Shown: positions 10,683 to 22,355, numbered from the stretch's first letter. The stretch: 64,000 nt of DNA from Acidiferrobacterales bacterium (GCA_046760105.1 JBHIDJ010000004.1:17285-81284), one strand, 5' to 3'. Program-made: numbers and translations. Notes: generated by a model from the sequence alone, not told the origin.

Positions 10683-11792
10683 GTGAATCCGGACACACTG
10701 CGATGCTGGTTGGCGCTGCATCGTGTTCCCGGTCTTGGCGTACAGGCGGTTGAGACGCTCGTCGACGGACTTGGCAGTGTAGACGCCATCTTCTCGGCCC
10801 CCCGATCACGCTTGCAGCCCCTGCTCGGTGGTGCCACGCCGACCGTCGAGGCCATTCTTGCGGGTCCGGACCCAAAGCTACTGGAACAAGACCTCGCTTG
10901 GGTGCAGTCTGCCGATCATCACTTGTTGACCTTTCATGACCCCCAATATCCTCAGCTGCTGCGCGAGATTGCACAACCCCCGCTGTTACTGTTTGTTGTG
11001 GGCGATAGGGCGCTTTTGCAAACCCCACAGCTTGCCATTGTCGGCAGCCGCAATCCAACACCGGCCGGGCTCGAGAACACGACCGCATTCGCCGGCGCGC
11101 TCGCACAGGCAGGTTTAACCATCACCAGCGGGCTCGCGCTCGGTATTGACAGCGCGGCCCACCGCGGTGCGCTGGACGCTGGCGGGCGCACCGTTGCCGT
11201 TCTCGGTACGGGCGTAGAGCAGGTATACCCGGCAAGGAACGCGGCGCTTGCACGGCGAATCCGTGAACAAGGCGTGCTGGTTTCAGAGTTCCCGTTGGGT
11301 ACCCCGCCGAAATCGGTGAACTTCCCAAGACGCAATCGCATTATCAGCGGTTTAAGCCTTGGCACACTAGTAGTAGAAGCGGCTGCCGAGAGCGGTTCGC
11401 TAATCACCGCACGCTTTGCGGGGGAGCAGGGGCGGGAAGTGTTTGCCGTACCTGGGTCGATCCACTCGCCGCTGGCACGCGGGTGCCATGCGCTCATTCG
11501 CCAAGGCGCCAAGCTTGTCGAGACTGCACAGGATGTCCTCGAGGAACTTGGCGCGCTGGCAATGCTCGTGCAAAACCTCATTGCAGTGGGGCCGGCGAAT
11601 TCTGACGCGTCAGTGGAGGACCCACGCACGCGGGCGTTGTTGGATTATATCGGCTATGATCCCGTCAGTATCGACACCCTGATCGAGCGTAGCGGATTGA
11701 CGGCGGATTGCATTTCCTCCATGCTTCTCAAAATGGAGTTGTCTGGAATCGTTAAGGCCTGTCCGGGTGGAAAGTACATGCGTCTGCGCTGA
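10683..11792 (+). CDS. dprA: DNA-processing protein DprA
   Basis: AIVGSR, ITSGLALGID, FPRRNRIISGLS, VVEAAAESGSLITA. Confidence 0.96.
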   Translation: MNPDTLRCWLALHRVPGLGVQAVETLVDGLGSVDAIFSAPRSRLQPLLGGATPTVEAILAGPDPKLLEQDLAWVQSADHHLLTFHDPQYPQLLREIAQPPLLLFVVGDRALLQTPQLAIVGSRNPTPAGLENTTAFAGALAQAGLTITSGLALGIDSAAHRGALDAGGRTVAVLGTGVEQVYPARNAALARRIREQGVLVSEFPLGTPPKSVNFPRRNRIISGLSLGTLVVEAAAESGSLITARFAGEQGREVFAVPGSIHSPLARGCHALIRQGAKLVETAQDVLEELGALAMLVQNLIAVGPANSDASVEDPRTRALLDYIGYDPVSIDTLIERSGLTADCISSMLLKMELSGIVKACPGGKYMRLR

Positions 11793-11810
11793 AGCGAGAA
11801 AAACGCAGCT

Positions 11811-12293
11811 ATGAAAGAAAATGTGTTTGATGTGCTCATGTATCTGTTTGAGAACTACATGGGCGAAGATCCAGATGTAAGCCAAGACCAAGAATCGTTG
11901 ACGACTGAGCTAACCCAGGCGGGGTTTCCGCGCGGTGAGATAAATAAGGCGTTCTCTTGGTTAGAGGGGCTGTCAAATCTGCGCCAGCAAGATACCACGT
12001 TGTTGCAAGAAGGCATGCCGGGGTCAGTGCGCCATTACTCCCACCGAGAAAAGATGAAGATCAATGCCGTATGCCGCGGCTTTATTCTGTCCATGGAGCA
12101 GCGGGGCGTATTGGACACCATAGCGCGCGAAATGGTCATTGACCGCATCATGGCACTTGACAGCGATGCAATTGAACTGGACCAACTACAATGGATCATA
12201 CTCTTGGTGTTGTTCAATCAGCCTGGCCAGGAACAGGCCTATGCGATCTTCGAAGATATCGTATTCAGCGATCTGCAGAGGGGCCTGCACTGA
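11811..12293 (+). CDS. smg: Smg / DUF494 protein
   Basis: MKENVFDVLMYLFENY N-terminus; position after dprA. Confidence 0.92.
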   Translation: MKENVFDVLMYLFENYMGEDPDVSQDQESLTTELTQAGFPRGEINKAFSWLEGLSNLRQQDTTLLQEGMPGSVRHYSHREKMKINAVCRGFILSMEQRGVLDTIAREMVIDRIMALDSDAIELDQLQWIILLVLFNQPGQEQAYAIFEDIVFSDLQRGLH

Positions 12294-12522
12294 CGCTTAT
12301 TCGCCTCCCGTATCGACCTCAACCCACCACGGTACCCGAGTTTTGACAGGCGGTGCGCTAAATCGTGCACAATGCGCAACGCTATGAGATGCGGTCGGCC
12401 AGGCAGTGGAAGGAATTTTTCCTATAATCTTCTTAAAGGGACCCCGTGGGCTGTGCGTAAAGTAACTACGGACGCCAGCAGAATGGGATCCGCGCCGTGT
12501 ATATAAGAGGTGTACTAGTCCG

Positions 12523-14808
<2,286 letters not shown>

Positions 14809-14837
14809 TAAGTGGGGCCGGTGATGGCCGCTAGTGC

Positions 14838-16019
14838 ATGGGCGCGACAGTGATGATAATGCTTGATTCGCTGAGTACCCGTTCCGCACGCAGGTCTCTC
14901 GTCTCTGCTGTGTTTGCCGTTTCAGCCCTACTTGCGGGCTGTACCGGGTTGCTAACGAAACCGGAAGGCGTTGGTAAGCCGGTGGGTTGGTCATCGCTTA
15001 AGGGTTGGCAAGACGACCGTCATGCTGAGGCCTGGCCAGCGCTGATTCAAAGCTGTAGCAAGTTGGCAGTGCAGGACGTCACATGGAATGGCATCTGTCG
15101 TGAAGTAGAGTTGCTTCCGGCGCCGACCGATGCCATGGCACGGGCGTTCTTCGAGACCCGCTTTGTTCCGCACAAAGTGGTAGCAAAACGCCGCAAGAAG
15201 GTAGGACTGATAACAGGCTACTATGAGCCGCTGCTGGAAGGGAGTCTGGTAAAGACCGATCGCTTTCGCTATCCCCTCTATCAACGCCCACCGAACTTAC
15301 TCACTATCGAGCTTGGCAAAGTTTATCCTGAATTGCGCGGACGGCCTGTGCGCGGACGGCTTGAGGGGACGCGTGTGGTACCTTACTTCAGCCGCAACGA
15401 AATCAACGACGGTGAATCTCCGCTCACCGGCCATGAGCTCGCTTGGGTCGACGACCCAGTAGGGCTGTTCTTCTTACATATCCAAGGCTCGGGCAGGATA
15501 CGACTCCCCGATGGCAAGACTCTTGCCGTGGGTTACGCCGACCAGAACGGCCACCCTTATGTTTCCATCGGCAGAAGCCTGGTACAAATGGAAGCGATGA
15601 AACCGGAGGAGGTGACGCTGGAGCGTATTCGCGATTGGCTTGCAGCGCACCCCGACGAAGCGGAGGAACTGTTAAATAGCAACCCCAGCTATATATTCTT
15701 TACGCTCCGAGATGCTGAACTACCGGGCCCACTCGGGTCGTTCAATGTACCGCTGACGGCCGAGCGCAGCGTCGCGGTCGACCCGACCTATATCGCGCTG
15801 GGACTACCCGTTTGGTTGGATACAACGTTGCCTAACACAGAACAACCTTATCGGCGCCTGGTTTTCGCCCAAGATACGGGCGGCGCAATCAAAGGCGCGG
15901 TGCGGGCCGATGTCTTCTTCGGTCAGGGCCAAGAAGCGGAGAGTTTGGCCGGTACGATGAAGCAGGAAGGCCGGTTGTTTGTGTTATTGCCGGCAGCGCG
16001 TAGCGTTGCGAAACAATAG
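14838..16019 (+). CDS. mltA: Membrane-bound lytic murein transglycosylase A (lipoprotein; start uncertain)
   Basis: LLAGC lipobox; TGYYEP, IQGSG, QDTGGAIKG...D motifs. Confidence 0.93.
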   Translation: MGATVMIMLDSLSTRSARRSLVSAVFAVSALLAGCTGLLTKPEGVGKPVGWSSLKGWQDDRHAEAWPALIQSCSKLAVQDVTWNGICREVELLPAPTDAMARAFFETRFVPHKVVAKRRKKVGLITGYYEPLLEGSLVKTDRFRYPLYQRPPNLLTIELGKVYPELRGRPVRGRLEGTRVVPYFSRNEINDGESPLTGHELAWVDDPVGLFFLHIQGSGRIRLPDGKTLAVGYADQNGHPYVSIGRSLVQMEAMKPEEVTLERIRDWLAAHPDEAEELLNSNPSYIFFTLRDAELPGPLGSFNVPLTAERSVAVDPTYIALGLPVWLDTTLPNTEQPYRRLVFAQDTGGAIKGAVRADVFFGQGQEAESLAGTMKQEGRLFVLLPAARSVAKQ

Positions 16020-16024
16020 GTGTC

Positions 16025-16078
16025 GGCCGCTCCTGCGCATCCTTGCGCCCGCGGCATTCGTGCATGCCTGCACATCAC
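16025..16078 (-). repeat. 54-bp two-hairpin element (copy A), related to 22163-22216
   Basis: Reverse complement gtgatgtgcaggcatgcacgaatgccgcgggcgcaaggatgcgcaggagcggcc aligns without gaps to the copy at 22163. Confidence 0.75.
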
Positions 16079-16098
16079 CTGCGGCGGCAATTCTATTA

Positions 16099-16330
16099 AC
16101 GGGGTTCCGCCCCCGTGCGACGGGTGACTTTCGTTTCGGCGAAAGTCACCAAAGCCATTGGCCCTGACTCTGCGCCCCGAAAATCGGGGTCCCCTCACCC
16201 GTCGTTTGTCTCAAAGGGTCCGGGCAAGGCACTTCCATGTGCTTGGCCCGGACGCGGGGGTCCATGCCCCACCCCTTCGGGCCTGCATTTCGCCTTCACG
16301 ACGGGCTCGGCTTGAGCAAAGGGGCGAAAA
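16099..16330. mobile_element. Putative MITE / structured intergenic repeat with several hairpins
   Basis: ggtgactttcg..cgaaagtcacc, ccccga..tcgggg, gcac-ttccat-gtgc and a further tccat-loop hairpin; cccgtcg..cgacggg long-range pairing; only one copy in the window. Confidence 0.5.
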
Positions 16331-16371
16331 ACCAACTTGACCAAGGGGCGAAAAAAACCACTTGCACTTAT

Positions 16372-16503
16372 ACCTAACACTCACAATGAGGACGCGGAAA
16401 AGCAACCGAGGCGTGATTCGTGATGCGTTAATTGTGCAGTGACTTTGGTGTTTTCGGCCCTTACTCAAGCCGAGGGAGTCCGACTGCAAAAGCCATGTTG
16501 GGC
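16372..16503 (-). other. attC-like integron cassette site 3 (degenerate)
   Basis: Minus strand: GCCCAAC (R'') ATGGC TTTTGCAGTCGGAC ... CCTCATT GTGAGT GTTAGGT (R'); ~60 bp past the stop of the 16567 gene. Confidence 0.55.
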
Positions 16504-16566
16504 AAATCTACCGAACTCTCTGAAACGCTCGCGGCACAGAGTACTAAATCTGTCCTCCTTCCCGCG

Positions 16567-17274
16567 TTACAAGAAAAAGGACACGAAAGCATATGCCACT
16601 AGGAGCCCTCCGGAGACCAACAGGGCCCAGCGCCGCCTTGAAATTCGCGCCTCGCCCGCCTGAGCGGCATCGGTGATCCGGAGTACGAAATCTGCAGACA
16701 GCACAACGGTAAACACCGGGGCGAGAACAACCGACGCCATCAGGGGGAAAAACCCCGGTCCAAAATGATGAGCCGTCGCTCCAAAAACAGGGAGGAGCAC
16801 AAGCCACACACCCGCGAAAACATAGACACCGATCCACCATCTCGGTGGTCGCGGCACGACGTCAGCGTGCCCCCGGAAGTATAGGAAGATACAGGTGCTA
16901 CTGAACAGCAGGACTATTGCAGAGATCAAGCCCATCCAAAAGGGCAGCAAACCATTGGCTTGTGGCCCAACCCGCCAACCCTGCCACAAGTCGTACAGCC
17001 AACCTAGTAACACACTCAGCGTGACAAGATAAACCAAATACTGCGACCACCATTTTCTCATGGCGACACCTATGCCACCGATAAGTAAAGCGAGTGGCCA
17101 TATAAGTGGCCATATCAGGAAAACGAGGCTACCAGAGAGATTCGCAAGAAACAGGCGATACGCTGTATACCCCAACATCGAGAGCTCATACGCTGCGTAC
17201 GCCAGGAGCAGTAGCGCGATCATCCAAATAATGGAGGGCCAAGTGAACATCTTACCCGTGCCGGTGATGCCCAC
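16567..17274 (-). CDS. Hypothetical multi-pass membrane protein (putative gene cassette)
   Basis: About 7 hydrophobic segments; start lies a few bp after the GTTATGC core site. Confidence 0.65.
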   Translation of the reverse strand: MGITGTGKMFTWPSIIWMIALLLLAYAAYELSMLGYTAYRLFLANLSGSLVFLIWPLIWPLALLIGGIGVAMRKWWSQYLVYLVTLSVLLGWLYDLWQGWRVGPQANGLLPFWMGLISAIVLLFSSTCIFLYFRGHADVVPRPPRWWIGVYVFAGVWLVLLPVFGATAHHFGPGFFPLMASVVLAPVFTVVLSADFVLRITDAAQAGEARISRRRWALLVSGGLLVAYAFVSFFL

Positions 17275-17280
17275 CGTCTC

Positions 17281-17339
17281 GCATAACCGGCTTCATAAAG
17301 TGCACCAGTGATTCTTAAGGTGTTAATGCCTTGTTAGAT
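17281..17339 (-). other. attC-like 59-bp site
   Basis: ATCTAAC contains the upstream gene's TAA stop; ends CTTTATG AAGCCG GTTATGC; exactly 59 bp; internal pairing imperfect. Confidence 0.6.
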
Positions 17340-17915
17340 ACTTGCTTCGCGTATAGAAATGAGCGGCTTTTGCCAAGCTTTGTTTTTTACGGCGTTATCT
17401 AAAGGTGTTCCCGCAATAGAGTTGGTGTAGTTACTCATTGTTTTTATTGCTATGCCGAGAATAACTTCTAACGCTTGTTGTTCAGTAAACCCAGCGTTGA
17501 AGAACGCTTGCAGAGCTGACTTTGATACTTTACCGCGCTGCAGGATAAGCTCTCGGGTAAACATCCTTAGTGCGTCAGGTTTGGTATCAGTGAGGGGCAT
17601 TCCATCGCGTAGCGCCTGAATGTCGTCGTGTGACATTCCCGCTTGTTCCGATAGAAGGGTGTGCCATGGAACACAGTACTCGCACGTATTCTCGAGATTA
17701 GCTGTCTGATAAACTACTTGGCGCTCAATGGGCGTTAAAGAGGTTTCATCGAATATTTCCTCTAAGCTGACATAGGACTGTAGTAGTGCTGGAGCACTCG
17801 CCATAACACCTTCCAAATTGGGAATCATGCCAAAGTTTTTCTGCGTTCGCTCTAGAAAACGCTTTGAAGCTTCAGGAGCGGTTTTAGGAGAATGGATAGG
17901 AAACTTGTCTGTCAT
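17334..17915 (-). CDS. Carboxymuconolactone decarboxylase / AhpD-family protein (putative cassette)
   Basis: NTCEYCVPWH CxxC-H motif; GMIPNL; visibly more AT-rich than core genes; start reset to MTDKFP behind GAGGA. Confidence 0.85.
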   Translation of the reverse strand: MTDKFPIHSPKTAPEASKRFLERTQKNFGMIPNLEGVMASAPALLQSYVSLEEIFDETSLTPIERQVVYQTANLENTCEYCVPWHTLLSEQAGMSHDDIQALRDGMPLTDTKPDALRMFTRELILQRGKVSKSALQAFFNAGFTEQQALEVILGIAIKTMSNYTNSIAGTPLDNAVKNKAWQKPLISIREASI

Positions 17916-18012
17916 GGTAATCCTCTGTGATAAGAAGTGGAGCTCACGTCTCTGCGGCGCCGGACTAAAGGTATGCAGCATATCTGCAATATAGTACCAC
18001 CTGTTTTAGGTA

Positions 18013-18100
18013 GTATAACGACTCCCATGAGCCGTGATTCGTGATGCGTTAGTTGTGTAGTGACTTTGGTGTTTTCGTTCCCTGGTCAAGTCAGGGACCG
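18013..18100 (-). other. Right half of an attC-like site plus 45-bp repeat shared with 16412-16456
   Basis: Minus strand GCTCATG GGAGTC GTTATAC; 18033-18077 matches 16412-16456 at 43/45; no R'' box found. Confidence 0.5.
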
Positions 18101-18133
18101 AGCGACGACAAGACGACGTGGAAGGAATACCGA

Positions 18134-18604
18134 CTACTTCCTCACTCTTATCTCCGTATGCGTCACAACACGCCTAAGCTCATCGATTGAAATCTTAACC
18201 AAACTGCGATCATCGCCACCCCCTGTCAAGATCCAATTTCGCTCCAGGACCTTGGGATCGATTAAGACTGTGGCATTGGGTGCGTTCAAGGGTGAGTTTC
18301 CACCAAGCTGTTGACCCAAATACGCCTCACTTTCCTCAAAAGTCACGACTCGCGGTCTATCGGTCAGACGCAGCGCTTTCCTCACTCTGTCAGTACTGGC
18401 ACGGGCATCGGCCGGAACCACTGCGATCACCACTTTGTCGTCGGCCGTAAGCATTACAATCGATTTTGTGAACCTCTCTACCGGATAGCCGCTAACCTGT
18501 ACCGCCTCTTGCACACTGCGCACACTTTGATCAAAGTGGAGCAACTCGGCGTTCACCCCGTTCTCATGGAGCCACTGCTTAATTCTATTGGAGAATTCAC
18601 TCAT
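18134..18604 (-). CDS. YbaK/EbsC-family aminoacyl-tRNA deacylase-like protein
   Basis: FTKSIV conserved Lys and GGNSP (GGxxP) loop; 156 aa. Confidence 0.82.
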   Translation of the reverse strand: MSEFSNRIKQWLHENGVNAELLHFDQSVRSVQEAVQVSGYPVERFTKSIVMLTADDKVVIAVVPADARASTDRVRKALRLTDRPRVVTFEESEAYLGQQLGGNSPLNAPNATVLIDPKVLERNWILTGGGDDRSLVKISIDELRRVVTHTEIRVRK

Positions 18605-18743
18605 GATGATTCTCGCGATCAGCGCCGGAGTTGTTTTAAGCAGTATAATAACTCTCGTAAGTTCGCATTCGTGAACCGCGTTTGATTTTTAACCCCTTCG
18701 GTCGAGCCGAGGCCGACCTCGTTTTGTTTGGCGTTCTCGAACC

Positions 18744-19847
18744 CTACGAGGATGCATCCTTGAGCATGGCTAGCAGTTTTTCGCCGACGACCCGACGGCG
18801 CCAGCCAGTCAACAGCACGCCGTTTGTTTCACCGAGAACCAACGCCTTAATGTCTTTGCGGGTCGCGAGTAAGGCGGGCGTGATGCCAAGCTCGCGCCCC
18901 CGTGTCTCTACGAGTTTGACCATGTGGCGGCGTAGCGCTGATTGCTCGCGATTCAGACGCTGTGGTTGGAGCCACAGCGCTACCGCAGGTGCCCCTAGAG
19001 CGTCACGGATCATTTCCAAGATCACCGGACTCCACTTTTTTGCTGTGCCTTTACTCAAACCTTCAACTTCTTCGAGCTGTTTGCGACTCTTGGGTGGGTC
19101 GCGCGCGAGTTCCACCAGAACAGCATCGCGCAAGATCCAATTGCGTGGACGGTTGTGCCGCTGTGCCGTTCGCTCGCGCCAGGCAGCCAACACGCGGAGG
19201 ACATTTTGATTTGGCGGTGACAGTGTCCGACCCCTTTTTATTCGCACATAGGCTTGCTCCGGATCGTTGCGGTATAGGTCGGCTTGCGTCAAACGCTCAC
19301 ACTCCTCAGCCAGCCAATCGCTACGCCCAAGTTGCACGAGTTTTTCGTTCAAGTGGGCATAAAGATCCGGCAAGTAGCGGACATCATCCTCGGCGTAGCG
19401 CAGTTGCTCTTGACTTAAGGATCGCGCCGACCAGTCTGTGCGGGTATGCAGTTTCGCGAGTCTCACATCCAATAGCGATTCCACCAATGCTGCGTAACCG
19501 ATCTGATCTTCGTAACCGGTAAGGGCGGCGGCAATCTGTGTGTCGAACACGGGTGCGGGTGGTGTAGCGCGCAGATCATGAAAGACTTCTAGATCCTGGC
19601 GGGCTGAGTGGAAGACTTTGAGGATCTGCGGTGTATAGATGGCATCGAGTAGCGGATCAAGATCGTCAACGGCCAATGGATCGATGCATATCACTTCCAT
19701 CGGCGTGGCAATCTGTATCAGGCAGAGCTGCGCGTAGTATGTCCGTTCGCGCACAAACTCGGTATCGATGGCGATCCAGGATTCGTCTCGCAGGCGAGAA
19801 GACAAGCGGCGCAATGCAGATTGATCCTGTATAAATGCGTCAAACAT
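18744..19847 (-). CDS. rnd: Ribonuclease D
   Basis: IAIDTEFVRERTYY, FDTQIAA, TDWSARSL..YA..D; HRDC domain. Confidence 0.95.
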   Translation of the reverse strand: MFDAFIQDQSALRRLSSRLRDESWIAIDTEFVRERTYYAQLCLIQIATPMEVICIDPLAVDDLDPLLDAIYTPQILKVFHSARQDLEVFHDLRATPPAPVFDTQIAAALTGYEDQIGYAALVESLLDVRLAKLHTRTDWSARSLSQEQLRYAEDDVRYLPDLYAHLNEKLVQLGRSDWLAEECERLTQADLYRNDPEQAYVRIKRGRTLSPPNQNVLRVLAAWRERTAQRHNRPRNWILRDAVLVELARDPPKSRKQLEEVEGLSKGTAKKWSPVILEMIRDALGAPAVALWLQPQRLNREQSALRRHMVKLVETRGRELGITPALLATRKDIKALVLGETNGVLLTGWRRRVVGEKLLAMLKDASS

Positions 19848-20006
19848 ATGCCGAGTCTATGCGCATCGGCTGACGTGGACTAGCAGCATAGCGGAGCAAC
19901 TGGCTAGGCGTGCATCGACTTCGTCGAGCTGAAGCGATTAGCAAGCTTTGGGTTGTCAACATGCTTTTTTTGCGCCACGCTTTAAGCATGGCGCTACAGG
20001 ATTAAT

Positions 20007-21365
20007 ATGCGCATGCATATCCATATTCTCGGCATTTGTGGTTCCTTTATGGCGGGTATAGCCGTATTGGCCCGCGAGTTGGGGCACAGCGTTAGTGGCT
20101 CGGACGCCAACGCCTATCCGCCCATGAGCACGCAGCTTGCCGATGCCGGAATCAATGTTTTCGCCGGCTACACGCCTGCGAATCTGAATCCAGAGCCTGA
20201 TGTCGTGATTATCGGCAACGCGCTGTCGCGCGGAAACCCAGAAGTGGAGGCGGTGCTTGACCGTGGCCTCGCATACACATCGGGCGCGCAATGGGTTGCT
20301 GGTCATGTGCTGCGCGACCGCTGGGTGATCGCGGTTTCTGGGACCCACGGCAAGACAACCACGGCCAGCATGACGGCGTGGATACTCGAGCATGCAGGCG
20401 TCAACCCGGGCTTTCTTATCGGTGGGGTGCTACAGAACCTGGGTGTATCGGCGCGCTTGGGTGGTGCGCCATTCTTCGTCATCGAAGCCGATGAGTATGA
20501 CACCGCTTTTTTCGACAAGCGCTCAAAGTTTGTCCATTACCGCCCACGCACGGCCATTCTGAATAATCTCGAGTTCGATCATGCCGATATCTTTCCGGAT
20601 CTCAATGCGATACAGGTCCAGTTTCATCATTTCGTGCGCACCGTACCGGCTTCCGGCCTGCTCATCGTTAATGCGACCGATGAGAATGTACGCACAGTGT
20701 TAGACATGGGACATTGGACGCCCATCGAGTTCTTCGATAACGCCAGTGGTTGGTCACCACAGCCGACGATGGAAGATGGCGGTAGCTTCCGTGTACTTTT
20801 TGAAGGCCGACCGCAAGGCGAAGTGCAGTGGGGCCTCATCGGCAAGCACAATATGATGAACGCACTCGCGGCCATCGCGGCCGCGCGTCATGCGGGGGTA
20901 TCGGTGACGACGGCGACTGAAGGTTTGTGTCGGTTCGAGAACGTCAAGCGACGCCTGGAGCTGAGTGGTACGGTTCGCGGTATTACCATTTACGATGATT
21001 TCGCGCATCATCCCACCGCCATTGCCGCTACGCTGCAGGCGCTACGTTCGCACGTGGGCCGACGGCGGATCTTCGCGGTGTTGGAACCGCGCTCGAACAG
21101 CATGCGCATGGGCGTGCACCGAGACAGCCTCGCGGCCTCCCTCAGTGAGGCGGATCAGGTGTTGCTGTTACAGCCACCTGACATTAGCTGGGATATGGCT
21201 GCCGTCAGCGCGGCGCTTAACGGGCGCGCCCGTATTTTGTCCTCGGTGGATGCCATTGTTGCTACGTTGGTCGAGGAACTACGGGGGGATGATCGTGTCT
21301 TGATAATGAGTAACGGCGATTTTGACGGTCTGCACGAGAAGTTGCTTGCGTGCCTACGAGGCTAA
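20007..21365 (+). CDS. mpl: Murein peptide ligase Mpl
   Basis: HIHILGICGSFM, SGTHGKTTT, EADEYDTAFFDKRSKF, DDFAHHP. Confidence 0.96.
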   Translation: MRMHIHILGICGSFMAGIAVLARELGHSVSGSDANAYPPMSTQLADAGINVFAGYTPANLNPEPDVVIIGNALSRGNPEVEAVLDRGLAYTSGAQWVAGHVLRDRWVIAVSGTHGKTTTASMTAWILEHAGVNPGFLIGGVLQNLGVSARLGGAPFFVIEADEYDTAFFDKRSKFVHYRPRTAILNNLEFDHADIFPDLNAIQVQFHHFVRTVPASGLLIVNATDENVRTVLDMGHWTPIEFFDNASGWSPQPTMEDGGSFRVLFEGRPQGEVQWGLIGKHNMMNALAAIAAARHAGVSVTTATEGLCRFENVKRRLELSGTVRGITIYDDFAHHPTAIAATLQALRSHVGRRRIFAVLEPRSNSMRMGVHRDSLAASLSEADQVLLLQPPDISWDMAAVSAALNGRARILSSVDAIVATLVEELRGDDRVLIMSNGDFDGLHEKLLACLRG

Positions 21366-21461
21366 TTAGGCCTCGCGGGAGATGGCCGACGGGATTGTGT
21401 GTTGAAGACAGAGGACCATGGCGTTGCGCTAGAATAGTCTATGGCTAGTGGAGAGTAATAA

Positions 21462-22088
21462 ATGAAAAAGCTTATCTTCAGTCTCTTGGTGTTTTTTTTC
21501 CTGGCTCCAGCTGGCAGTAAGGCGGGGTTCGAGTTAGGCACTCATTATCTCGAACTCGCGGTCGCTGAGGCGGGAACAACCGGCGATACCATCGAGGTGC
21601 GCGAGTTCTTCTGGTACGGCTGCCCTCATTGCTATCGATTGGAGCCTTATCTGGAGCACTGGTTAAAAAGCCGCCCGGAGGATGTCGAGTATGTCCGTAC
21701 CCCTGGCGTTGCGCGCAAGTGGATCCCACACGCGCGTGCGTTTTATGCGTTCGAGGCCCTTGGCATTACTGAAACGGTGCATCGGGCGTATTTCGACGCT
21801 ATTCATAAAGAGGGAAAAACGTTGGCCGATGAAGCCAGCATAGCCCAATTTCTGGCGAAATACGGCGTGGACGAGAGCAGTTTCCGTAAGACCTACAATT
21901 CCTTTGGCGTCAGGACGCAGGTAGAAAAAGCGCGGCAGCTTAATATTCGCTACGGGGTTGCTTCTGTTCCGACGCTGACAGTTGATGGAAAATACAAGAC
22001 CAATGCGACCATGGCCGGCAGCGAGACGCGGTTGATGCAGCTCATCGATTACCTCGTTGCAAAGGTCAGGCAAGAGCGCAAGCAGTAA
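21462..22088 (+). CDS. dsbA: Thiol:disulfide interchange protein DsbA/DsbL
   Basis: Signal peptide; EFFWYGCPHCY; VPT cis-Pro loop. Confidence 0.92.
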   Translation: MKKLIFSLLVFFFLAPAGSKAGFELGTHYLELAVAEAGTTGDTIEVREFFWYGCPHCYRLEPYLEHWLKSRPEDVEYVRTPGVARKWIPHARAFYAFEALGITETVHRAYFDAIHKEGKTLADEASIAQFLAKYGVDESSFRKTYNSFGVRTQVEKARQLNIRYGVASVPTLTVDGKYKTNATMAGSETRLMQLIDYLVAKVRQERKQ

Positions 22089-22139
22089 CCCCTCACCAAT
22101 GGTTACGTAACACGATCCCCTCCCCGCTTGTCGGGGAGG

Positions 22140-22342
22140 CGACCTACAGGGCAAGGATTGTTCTGACGGACATGGACGTCCTAATGCCGCGGCCGCATGG
22201 ATGCGGAAGAGCGGCCAACAATCCTTTTGCATTTCCACCATCCCTGGTGGTCAGACGTAGGAAGTTAGGGCAACGCATGCGACCGGCAGGGACGCGGGAA
22301 GTTAGAACAACGCAGGAGCAGTTGTCGGAGCAGTTGCCGGTC
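22140..22342. repeat. Cluster of nested hairpin / MITE-like elements
   Basis: 54-bp element (22163-22216) inside aggattgtt/aacaatcct; 49-bp element (22278-22326) inside a homologous gaagttagggcaacgca|ggagcagttgccg. Confidence 0.75.
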
Positions 22343-22355
22343 AGGGAGGGGTGTT

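Noticed and set aside
18000-18012. cctaaaaca resembling the class 1 integron attI1 L box
   Set aside because: Short match not followed by a correctly spaced GTT core, and no integrase nearby
22261-22342. GTTAGGG/GTTAGAA as attC cores, or the duplicated motif as a CRISPR repeat
   Set aside because: No matching inverse core or cassette gene; only two copies, nested rather than regularly spaced; no cas genes
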